Under the pieces are notes generated by a model. That model ran no database searches. It was given only the letters and a program-made list of their open reading frames with translations, and was not told the origin of the DNA. This document shows, piece after piece, positions 53,473-62,400 of a stretch of 64,000 nt of DNA (the first letter of the stretch is position 1; each line of letters opens with the position of its first letter). Made by a program: the position numbers and the translations under genes. The DNA lies in the NCBI GenBank assembly GCA_020058085.1, contig JAGVER010000003.1, positions 3,708-67,707 of the forward strand, in the 5' to 3' direction. Source of the DNA: Candidatus Omnitrophota bacterium (lineage in GTDB: Bacteria; Omnitrophota; Gorgyraeia; Gygaellales; Profunditerraquicolaceae).

Positions 53473-55310
53473 AATCTATAAGAAATATAATTTTACTGGT
53501 TATCCCTATCTTATTTTCTATGAATTACTCTTCAATCGCAGAAGAGGCCACTTCGCAATTAGCTCAAGCTTCTTCGAATCAGGCTCAAACCGCAATTTTG
53601 CCTGTATCCGGCGGTATAATGGGAAGGATTTCTTTGGACCTGCGTAATATTGATGTAGTGGAGGCGCTTAAATTTATAGCCACTAAAGCAGGAATAAATA
53701 TTATTTCTACTAAAAATGTTACCGGTAGAATTACACTTATGGTGGAGAATGTCCCGGTTAAAGATGTATTTGATATAACTCTGCGTTCTAACGGCCTTGC
53801 TTATACCAAGCAGGGTGAAATTTATAATGTAATGACAGAAGATGAATATAAAGCGCTTTTCGGAAAAAAGTTTGCGGATATCAGGCAAGTGAAGACTTTT
53901 AAACTTCAATACGCTATACCCGAGCAGGCGTTCAGCCTTTTAGATACTTTAAAGAGCGAGGTAGGAAGGGTTTTAGTTGAGCCTGATTCCGGTACTGTCA
54001 TGATTATGGACACTCCAGAAAATATCAAACAGATTGAGAATGCTTTAGCTTCGTTAGAGCAGAAAAATTTAGTTCGTGTATTTACTTTAAAATATGCTAA
54101 AGTAAAAGATGTGGAAGAGCAGCTTAAAGCCCAATTAGATGCCAAGAAGGTCGGTTCGATAAAAGCAGATGAGCGTTCAAATCAGGTTATTATTCAAGCG
54201 TTGCCTGAACGAATGCGGGACATGGAGATGTTAGTACAAGCTTTGGATAAAAAGACAAAACAAGTTTTAATTGATACGAAAATCGTGAAGGTTAAATTAT
54301 CCGATGAATTAACTACCGGGATTGAATGGGAAGGGCTATTTAATTTAGGTACGAAAATAGGAGCTGCTTATATGGGTTCTTATCCTTTTAGCGTGATACC
54401 TGCTGCAACTACTGCGATTCCTTGGCAATCCAGGAAGGCTTTTCTAAATTCCCAGAAGACAATCGGCGCCTATCCCACCAGCAGTTCCACTAGCGCAAAG
54501 ACCCCTCCCGGAGAGATGCATGTTGGTATGATAAATGATAAACAGGATTTTGATGTTATAATTAAATATCTGCAGACACTAGGTAATACGCAAATACTTT
54601 CTAATCCCCAGTTAGCGGTGATAAATAATCAGGAAGCAAGAATACATGTGGGTGAAAAACAGGCTTATGTTACAACAACTACTACTACCGGCCAGACTAC
54701 TACTACGGTTTCCGAAGAGGTAACTTTCGTGGATGTGGGGATTCAGCTCTCTGTAACTCCAACTATAAATGATGACGGTTATGTGACGATGAAAGTAAAG
54801 CCGGAGGTTTCCAGCGTGGTTTCTACTCTGACTACCCCTTCGGGCAATAAAATTCCTATAATTGATTCCTCTATGGCAGAAACAACGGTGATGGTAAAGG
54901 ATGGCGCGACTATTGTTATCGGAGGCTTACGTAAAGAGGAAAAGACTTCCAGCGGCGACCAGGTGCCTATATTAGGTAAAATTCCTCTCTTGGGTTTCTT
55001 TTTTAGGTCAGGCACAAAAAAAACCGAAAGGACGGAATTATTGGTAATGTTAACTCCGCATATTGTTAGTGGCGATACTCTCACTACCGGCGATGAAAGG
55101 GAGTTTGGAACAAAACCCGGGAAAGACTATAAAGAGTACCCCTCGTTTACTGAAAAGTCGGATTTTAAACCACCCAAGAAAATACCGGAAAAGATAATTA
55201 GCCCTAAGGCCGCGCCAGAAGAAGAAATAAAACCTTATCGGGAATATATGGCTCTTAAGAGAGAAAAGGAATCCAAGACAACAATTAAAGGAGAAGGGGA
55301 CAATGAATAA
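53469..55310 (+). CDS. Outer-membrane secretin (GspD/PilQ/MshL family)
   Basis: Signal peptide, an N0/STN-like domain (ISLDLRNIDVVEALKFIATKAGINII), and a secretin core (LSNPQLAVINNQEA..., VDVGIQLSVTPTIN, VPILGKIPLLGFFFRS, ELLVMLTPHIV). Confidence 0.9.
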   Translation: MKSIRNIILLVIPILFSMNYSSIAEEATSQLAQASSNQAQTAILPVSGGIMGRISLDLRNIDVVEALKFIATKAGINIISTKNVTGRITLMVENVPVKDVFDITLRSNGLAYTKQGEIYNVMTEDEYKALFGKKFADIRQVKTFKLQYAIPEQAFSLLDTLKSEVGRVLVEPDSGTVMIMDTPENIKQIENALASLEQKNLVRVFTLKYAKVKDVEEQLKAQLDAKKVGSIKADERSNQVIIQALPERMRDMEMLVQALDKKTKQVLIDTKIVKVKLSDELTTGIEWEGLFNLGTKIGAAYMGSYPFSVIPAATTAIPWQSRKAFLNSQKTIGAYPTSSSTSAKTPPGEMHVGMINDKQDFDVIIKYLQTLGNTQILSNPQLAVINNQEARIHVGEKQAYVTTTTTTGQTTTTVSEEVTFVDVGIQLSVTPTINDDGYVTMKVKPEVSSVVSTLTTPSGNKIPIIDSSMAETTVMVKDGATIVIGGLRKEEKTSSGDQVPILGKIPLLGFFFRSGTKKTERTELLVMLTPHIVSGDTLTTGDEREFGTKPGKDYKEYPSFTEKSDFKPPKKIPEKIISPKAAPEEEIKPYREYMALKREKESKTTIKGEGDNE

Positions 55311-56316
55311 ATTTAAGATACCGATTATTTTAATAGGGGTCTTAATCTTTGCTGAGAGCGCTGGCCTTATATATTTTGTCAGCAAGTCGCAAGATTTATC
55401 TAAAAAACTGGAAACTATAAAGCCGGGTTATCAAAAGCTTAGCCAAGAAGAGCAGGAGTTAAAGAGTAAATACGCGGGGGTGCTTAAGGAAAATGAAGTA
55501 TTAAAGGTTGACCGTGATAATATTTTGGCTCAAACCAAGAGCCTTATGGGAGAAAGAAGCCGGGCAAATGAACTTACGGTTTCTTTAGAGAGATCTAACT
55601 TAGAGGTAAGCCAGCTTCAGAAGGGAAAAGAAGAGATACAAAATTATAATTTGAGTTTAAAAGAGGAAATCGGAAAATTCCTAGAAGAACAAAAGCGCCT
55701 GACTCGGGAAAGGGACGATTTTAAGGTTGCCTATGAAAAAGCCAGGAAGGATAATATCATTAAAGAGTTAAATAATAAGATTTCTAATTTGCAGAAAGAA
55801 AAGAATAATGTTGAGGGTAATTTAAAGAATAAACAGGGGGAGATAGATAAATTGACAGGGCAGAAATCTAAATTGGAAGCGGAAAATGAACGCTTAACAG
55901 CGCAATTAAAAGGCTATAAGAAAAATTACGCGCAAGCGGTTAGAAAAAACAAAGAGTTGGGACATGAAGTGATAAATATACCCAAAAAGTTTTCTGAAAT
56001 TGCGCGGCAGAATAAGGTGTTAATTAGGCAGACCGCGGAGATGCATTATAACTTGGGTGTTTTTTATACTAAGAATAAGGAATATGAAAGGGCAGTTGCC
56101 GAGTTTGAAAAAGTGGTAGAAATAACTCCGGATGATTCTTACGCCCATTTTAATCTAGGTTATATCTACGCAGAATATCTGGTGAATCGTAAGAGAGCAA
56201 TTGAGCATTTTCGGCATTTCTTAAGATTGGCCAAAAGCGGTGACAAAGATGTAGATTGGGTAAAGAAATATCTACTTACTTGGGAGACATATGAGGGTAA
56301 GAAGCCGATGCAATAG
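55303..56316 (+). CDS. Membrane-anchored coiled-coil protein with C-terminal TPR repeats (MshN-like position)
   Basis: An N-terminal TM helix, about 200 aa of heptad-rich K/E/L/N sequence, then TPRs (AEMHYNLGVFYTKNKEYERAVAEFEKVVEITPDDSYAHFNLGYIY). Confidence 0.7.
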   Translation: MNKFKIPIILIGVLIFAESAGLIYFVSKSQDLSKKLETIKPGYQKLSQEEQELKSKYAGVLKENEVLKVDRDNILAQTKSLMGERSRANELTVSLERSNLEVSQLQKGKEEIQNYNLSLKEEIGKFLEEQKRLTRERDDFKVAYEKARKDNIIKELNNKISNLQKEKNNVEGNLKNKQGEIDKLTGQKSKLEAENERLTAQLKGYKKNYAQAVRKNKELGHEVINIPKKFSEIARQNKVLIRQTAEMHYNLGVFYTKNKEYERAVAEFEKVVEITPDDSYAHFNLGYIYAEYLVNRKRAIEHFRHFLRLAKSGDKDVDWVKKYLLTWETYEGKKPMQ

Positions 56317-56342
56317 AGTGAAGAGGTAAAAAAGGAGGAAGG

Positions 56343-56837
56343 ATGAAAAAGGCAGTATCGTTATTAATGGTTTTCGGTTTTTTAGTTTTGACTTACGGAT
56401 CAGTTTTTGCCGCATGGTTTGACAAAGGAAAAGCGCCGCAAGCTCCGGCTGTCTCTCAATCAAGGCCTGTTTCACAAGCTGCGGAGGTTGTTGCCAAGAA
56501 GAAAGCCGAGTTAAACGGAACAGAATGGAATATTGAATTATGGTCAATGGCTAAACCCAAGGGAAAGTCCAAGGGGGAGATAGATGTAATTAGTTTTGCT
56601 GAAAATAAGGTTGCTTCTAAAAATCTAAGCGCTTTAGGTTATGCGGCTTCAGGTTTCAGCGTTAGGTTAGAAGAAGATGGCACGGTTATCTGGGAGACGA
56701 TGCAGGTCTCAGAAAAGTCCGGCACAGCATTTTGGCGAGGTGATATCGGGCCAGACGGCACAATGCGCGGGGTCTTAAGTAGAAGAGACGCAAAAGGTAA
56801 TACTGTTGATTCCAATTTTGTGAGCGTACCTAAGTAA
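56343..56837 (+). CDS. Secreted hypothetical protein
   Basis: AGGAGGAAGG RBS, a signal peptide (MKKAVSLLMVFGFLVLTYGSVFA), and no recognisable motif. Confidence 0.6.
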   Translation: MKKAVSLLMVFGFLVLTYGSVFAAWFDKGKAPQAPAVSQSRPVSQAAEVVAKKKAELNGTEWNIELWSMAKPKGKSKGEIDVISFAENKVASKNLSALGYAASGFSVRLEEDGTVIWETMQVSEKSGTAFWRGDIGPDGTMRGVLSRRDAKGNTVDSNFVSVPK

Positions 56838-56876
56838 AAAATAAGTAAAAATAACTATATCCCCGAAAGAATACTT

Positions 56877-57392
56877 ATGAGGCTATTTAAGTTTATCTGC
56901 ATTCTCGTTTTATTTTTTTTCTTTAGTCAAATTTGTTTTGCAAAAATTCTTAATTTAAAGTTCAGTATATTATTAGAGAAGAGTGCATATAAATGGGAAG
57001 AGCCTATTAATGTTACTTTTAAATTAGAGAATAAAGGTAAAGAGCCGGAGTTTGTTAATAAAAGATTCTATCTTAACTCAGAAGATATAGCTAAGGAGCG
57101 TCGAGGAGAGGTGGTGCTTAAGGTAATCTCGCCATCTGGTAAAGAGCTTCCTTGCAAATTCTCTTATGAGACAGGCCTTCCCAAGAGCGACTATTTTGAG
57201 TTGCTAGAACCGAGTAAAGAAATAATTTCAGAATATCCGCGGAATTTGCGCGGATATTTTTCTTTTGAGGAGCCGGGTGTTTATAAAGTAGCCGCGGTGT
57301 ATCAGAATATTTTTGGCAAGGAGATAGGACTGGATGTATTTAAAGATAAACTCTCCTCTGATTCAGTTTCTTTTAAGATAATTAAAGAATGA
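56877..57392 (+). CDS. Secreted hypothetical protein, probable Ig-like beta-sandwich
   Basis: Signal peptide, then alternating beta-strand pattern ([15 protein letters not shown]...GVYKVAAVY). The fold assignment is an inference. Confidence 0.55.
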   Translation: MRLFKFICILVLFFFFSQICFAKILNLKFSILLEKSAYKWEEPINVTFKLENKGKEPEFVNKRFYLNSEDIAKERRGEVVLKVISPSGKELPCKFSYETGLPKSDYFELLEPSKEIISEYPRNLRGYFSFEEPGVYKVAAVYQNIFGKEIGLDVFKDKLSSDSVSFKIIKE

Positions 57393-58858
57393 GAAAAACT
57401 TATTTTTTTATTATTGCCGCTTTATTTCTTGGGGTGGGATTATCCTTTTCCCAGCCACCTGATAACCAGCCGTCTAACAAAGGGAATGTCGTTGGAGAAG
57501 CTTTTGGTAAACTCGTAACTAATGAGGAGTTTCTCTATTATTACAAAACTGCCCTTATTTTTACTCGTTCCGGAGATAAAGGACAAAAGGAGACAGAGCG
57601 TACTGATGAAGAAAGAAGGCAGGAGGCCTGGCAGAACCTTATTTTCACAAAAGAAGCTAAAATACTTGGGATTACAGTAGATAAGGAAGAAACAATAGCA
57701 GAGCTTAAGCGTTTGTTATCAGAAAAGAATATAGAGTATGGCACAGATAAATATAACTCCTGGATATTGTTAACCTTTGGCGAAGATCAAAAAGTCTTTG
57801 AGCAGCGAATAGAGAACTTACTCCTGATAAATAAATTTGTTAAGATTAAAATGAGGCCGGAGGTTTCCGTAACTGAAGAGGAGGCCAGGGAGAAATTTCT
57901 AAATCAGTACAACTCTTTTGAGAGCGAATATATTCTTTTTGAGAGTGCAAAAGAAGCTAAGGAATTTGCGCAGCAGGCAAAAAAAAATCCCAGGCTCTGG
58001 AAGGATACTTACGACCAGAAAAAACCACTTGGACAGAAAGGCGCCAGCTGGATAAATATAATGTCACTAGAGGCGTTAATCGATCTTTGGAAGATACCCA
58101 AGGAGGATGCCCAGCGTATTCTTGATAGCAGGGAAGGGGATTTTATTGCGGCAAGAAACTATTATGGCGATGTAGTATTTCGTTTACTTTTTAAAAGAAA
58201 AGCAGATTTGAAGGAATATGACGGGAAAAAACAGGAGTATTACCGAAAAATGCTCACTCAATCAAAGACATATAGAATAGTCAAGGATTATTTCGATGGT
58301 TTGTTTAAACGGGCTAATTTCCGGGATTATCTGGCAGAAAAACAGCAAGCAGAGAAAATCGAGGCGCTCAAGAAAAAATCTCAACTTGTCTTGCAGACAA
58401 ATCAAGGTGATATTGAAGTAAAATTGTTTCCGGATATAGCTCCTTTGGCTTGTGAAAATTTTATCGGGCTGGTTGAAAAGGGGTATTACAACGGCATTAT
58501 TTTTCATCGTGTAATTAAAGATTTTATGATTCAGGGCGGTGATCCTACGGGTACTGGCACTGGAGGGGAGTCTCTTTGGGGTAAGAGGCCGTTTGCCGAT
58601 GAGTTCAGCGATAAAGTATCTTTTGATAAACCGGGAATCTTGGCAATGGCAAACTCCGGTTCAGATACCAATCTAAGCCAGTTTTTTATTACGCTTAAAC
58701 CTCTTCCGTCGTTAAATGGAAGGCATACGATATTTGGCGAAGTAATTTCTGGAATGGATGTAGTAAAAAAGATAGAAACTTCACCAACAGATGCTAAAGA
58801 TAAGCCTAAGGTTGAGCAAAAAATAGTGAAGGCCTATATTAAGGCGCAGAAGCCATAG
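57389..58858 (+). CDS. Periplasmic chaperone: SurA-N-like helical domain fused to a cyclophilin-type peptidyl-prolyl isomerase
   Basis: C-terminal [57 protein letters not shown] is the cyclophilin signature. A signal peptide and a ~330-aa helical region precede it. Confidence 0.85.
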   Translation: MRKTYFFIIAALFLGVGLSFSQPPDNQPSNKGNVVGEAFGKLVTNEEFLYYYKTALIFTRSGDKGQKETERTDEERRQEAWQNLIFTKEAKILGITVDKEETIAELKRLLSEKNIEYGTDKYNSWILLTFGEDQKVFEQRIENLLLINKFVKIKMRPEVSVTEEEAREKFLNQYNSFESEYILFESAKEAKEFAQQAKKNPRLWKDTYDQKKPLGQKGASWINIMSLEALIDLWKIPKEDAQRILDSREGDFIAARNYYGDVVFRLLFKRKADLKEYDGKKQEYYRKMLTQSKTYRIVKDYFDGLFKRANFRDYLAEKQQAEKIEALKKKSQLVLQTNQGDIEVKLFPDIAPLACENFIGLVEKGYYNGIIFHRVIKDFMIQGGDPTGTGTGGESLWGKRPFADEFSDKVSFDKPGILAMANSGSDTNLSQFFITLKPLPSLNGRHTIFGEVISGMDVVKKIETSPTDAKDKPKVEQKIVKAYIKAQKP

Positions 58859-58910
58859 AGATCAAGGAAAAAATTTATCCGGTAATAAAATAAATGAATA
58901 AGGAGATAAA

Positions 58911-59420
58911 ATGATGAAGCGGACTAATAAAATTCCCTTAATTAAAATGATAATGAGCTTAATTTTATTTTCGGGTTTAATATGCAGCGTAAACGCAGCA
59001 GAAAAAGGCGCGGAAGATAAAGAAGAGCCTAAAAAGATAACGCTGGAAAAAACAGTTAGTGGAGATGTAAGCGGGATAAGCCCTAATTTTATCGCTATCC
59101 TTTATGGTCAGGATAAAAAGACATCTTATGAGATGGCGTTGGTTATTGATAAAAATACAAAAGTAGAACGCAAAAAGAGTTTGAAGGAAATTGGGGCCGG
59201 AGATACTGTATCAGTGAAATATGAGGAGACAACCCAGACGCATAAGGAGAAGACGGAGAAAGGCAAAGAGAAGGATATAACTAAGATATTAGTCCGGCTG
59301 GCAAAGGTGGTTAGCTTTGTTAAGGCGGCGCCCAAAGAGTTACAGTCGCTTGAGGTAAACGAGCTACCCGCGCCTGAGCAATCTGAAGAGAGTAATTCTG
59401 AAGAGAGTGAATCCAAATAG
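58911..59420 (+). CDS. Secreted K/E-rich hypothetical protein
   Basis: Signal peptide (LIKMIMSLILFSGLICSVNA) and an acidic Ser/Glu tail. Its stop lies 1 nt before the giant ORF start. Confidence 0.55.
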   Translation: MMKRTNKIPLIKMIMSLILFSGLICSVNAAEKGAEDKEEPKKITLEKTVSGDVSGISPNFIAILYGQDKKTSYEMALVIDKNTKVERKKSLKEIGAGDTVSVKYEETTQTHKEKTEKGKEKDITKILVRLAKVVSFVKAAPKELQSLEVNELPAPEQSEESNSEESESK

Positions 59421-59421
59421 A

Positions 59422-62400
59422 ATGAATAAGATAAGCAGTAATTTTGTAAAGAAATTAAGGAAGTTACATTTCGTAATAGCTTTGGCGGTGTTAGGAGGGT
59501 TTTTGTTTGCTTCAACTGCTGAAGCCGTACAGATAAAAAGGGTGCAGACCGGTGAAATTTATTTTGATGCTGACGATATTACCCAGGTGGCTGAAATTTC
59601 AGCTGTGGATCAGAGCAAAACGATTGTGCTGCTTTATCCGAAGCCGGATTTAAATACCGGAACTAATGCGCGGCAGAATATTCTCTTTTCCGCTGATTTC
59701 GGTTCCGATACCGATTTAGTGCTTACCCGTGACGGCGCCAGTTACGGAGTTACGGTGCGTTATTATTTAATCGAGTTTGCCGACGGGGTTAATGTTACCC
59801 GCGGTATCTCTTCTTTTGCCGCCGGCAGCCCGACTAACACCAAATATACTACCAAAAATATCGCGCTTTCTCCCAGCCTTACTGATTATAATAACGCGGT
59901 AGCCATTGTGCAAACCCGCTCCGCTCTTACTACTTCTACTAGTGATGAAATTGCCACCGTCAGGGCCAGTATTCCTGATAATAATACCTTAACCTTAGAC
60001 CGTTACGCGACTAATGATGTCCTCAAGAGCGTGAATATGGTTTGGCAGATAGCGGAGTTTACTAAAGATGTCACAGTCAAGCAAGGAACGGCGACGATTG
60101 CCGTGAACTCTACTTCGCAAACCGCGACAATTAATCCAGCGATAGGCACTCTGGGCAAAGCCTTGTTATTATTTAGCTGTAAAGCTAACCGCAGCGTAAA
60201 TGGTATCGAAGGGTATGAGGATATCAGAGGGGTAATTACTAATGCCACAACCCTTACTTTTACCCGCGGCTACAGCAGCTCGACTACTTTAACTGATGTG
60301 GCGATCAACTGGTTTGTTATTGAGTTAACTGACCCTTTGAGCACTGTTCAGAGCGCAGGCGCTCTTTCTGTGGCTAGCGCTGTAGAAGGCATAGGTATAA
60401 CTTTAGGTACGGCGGTAGATCCCACCCGCTCGGTGCCGATTTTTACGGTTTCCGGCCCTGCCAGCCAGAGTGGTTCCGGCTATGAAGATGAGAACAGGTT
60501 TTCTGTTGAAAGAGACTCTCCGCGTGGTGTTGTTTATGTATCGGGAACTCCGGGAGAGGTCTGGGTAGCTAATTATTATTCCAATACTGTAACCCGGTAT
60601 AATGCTTCTACCGGAGCCTTAGTGGGCAGCGTGATCACCGTAGGGACCGGGCCGATTGCCTTGTGTTATAGCGCGGTTAATCCGGCTTCAGTCTGGGTAG
60701 CTAACTATCTTTCGGATAATGTTACCAGGATAGACGCCTCTACCGGAGCAGTGATCGAGACCGTGGCATTAACTGCGGGAGCAGCGCCGCTTGGTATTGC
60801 CGCGGACGCGACCTCTTCTTCGGTGTGGACTGCTAATAGCGGGATGACTTCTAGCAGTAACGTGGTAACTAGGATTGTTGTGGATACCAGCAGTCCTTAC
60901 GCGAGTGTGGCTACTAATTATAACGGTTATGCGGGGTATCCGGTGGCTATCTGTTATGACCCGGGTTCAGGCGGCAGCAGCCCTTATATGTGGGTAGGTT
61001 ATCAGGTGAGCGATAGAATTACCAGATTTCTCTGTACCAATCCGGCAACTTCTGTTAACTATGACTTAGGGGCCACGAACAACTTCTATAACTCGATTGT
61101 TTACGCTCCTCCTGGCTTCGGAGGCTATGCTAGCCCAAGCCTCTGGATTACTTCAGCCAGAAATAACTTTATTTCACGCGCAACTTTAAATTCTTCTACA
61201 CATGCTTATTCCTCTCAAACTACGTTTGGCACCGAGCTTAATCCCAAAGGAGTTGACCTTATCGGCAGTGGAGCAAGCGGTAAAATAGCTTTTACCAATT
61301 ACGGTTCCAATACCATGAACATCATGAATCCTAATGACGGCACGACGACTGCCTATGCTACGCAGTCAAACCCCTGGGGCTTAAGTTATGATGCTACCAA
61401 CAGTAAGATCTGGGTAACTAACTCCTCCAGCGGTTCGTTTATGAAGTTTGACGCTGACGGATCAAACCCGGTGGCTTATCTGCCGAATTCTATTTTGACT
61501 AATTATTATTTTGCCCGCCTTAACGCTACCACTACCGGCGCCGATACCATTAGCTGGTTTGTCCCGGAATTTTGCCCGTTTACCTTAAATAACCCTAATG
61601 GCGCCGATACTTGGGTTATTGGCAGTAATGTGGATATTACCTGGAAATACGCTGATTCTTTAAAAACCGGCGGTGGCGGTACCGGCACTGTGCATCGCGT
61701 AAAGTTGGAGCTCTCTACTAACGGAACCAACTGGTATGAGATTCCCGGTGCCTCTAGCTTAGATATCAGCAATGGTTATGATTCGGCTGTCAGTAATGAC
61801 GGTAAGTTTACCTGGAGTAATCTTCCGGCTGCAATTACCGGGATTAATAATGATATCGGCACGACTTTAAAAGTTAAGATCTCCGATATCGAAACCGGAT
61901 ATACCGGCTTCTATGATACCTCGAATAATAATTTTAACATTAAAGGACTTCTTACCGTGGATACTCCTCCGGATACCTGGAAATTAGGCGAAACAAAAAA
62001 TATTACCTGGAGCACAAAAGGTAAATTGAATGATTCGGCATTCTCTCCGGATAATGATATGACAATTTACTTGTCTACGGATGGCGTGACTTTTAATCAT
62101 ACCTTGACTGCTGTTGCCGACCCGGGTACAGACGGCACCAGCAATAATCCCTGGAGCTGGGCGAATATTCCCTCAAGTATAGAAAGGAACGCGCCGGAGC
62201 AGGGGACATTTGATAATACTATCAGCTCGAATAACAAGATAAAGATAAAGTCTAATTATACCGCAGCCGGGACGGTAGAGAGTATTGGTAACGCGTTTGT
62301 CTTAAAAGGAACAATAAGTAATGTTAGGGTTACTAATGCCGGTGGCACTACAATGACCTCCTGCCTTCGCGGCGGCGCCTATAAAGTGAAGTGGAGTAAA

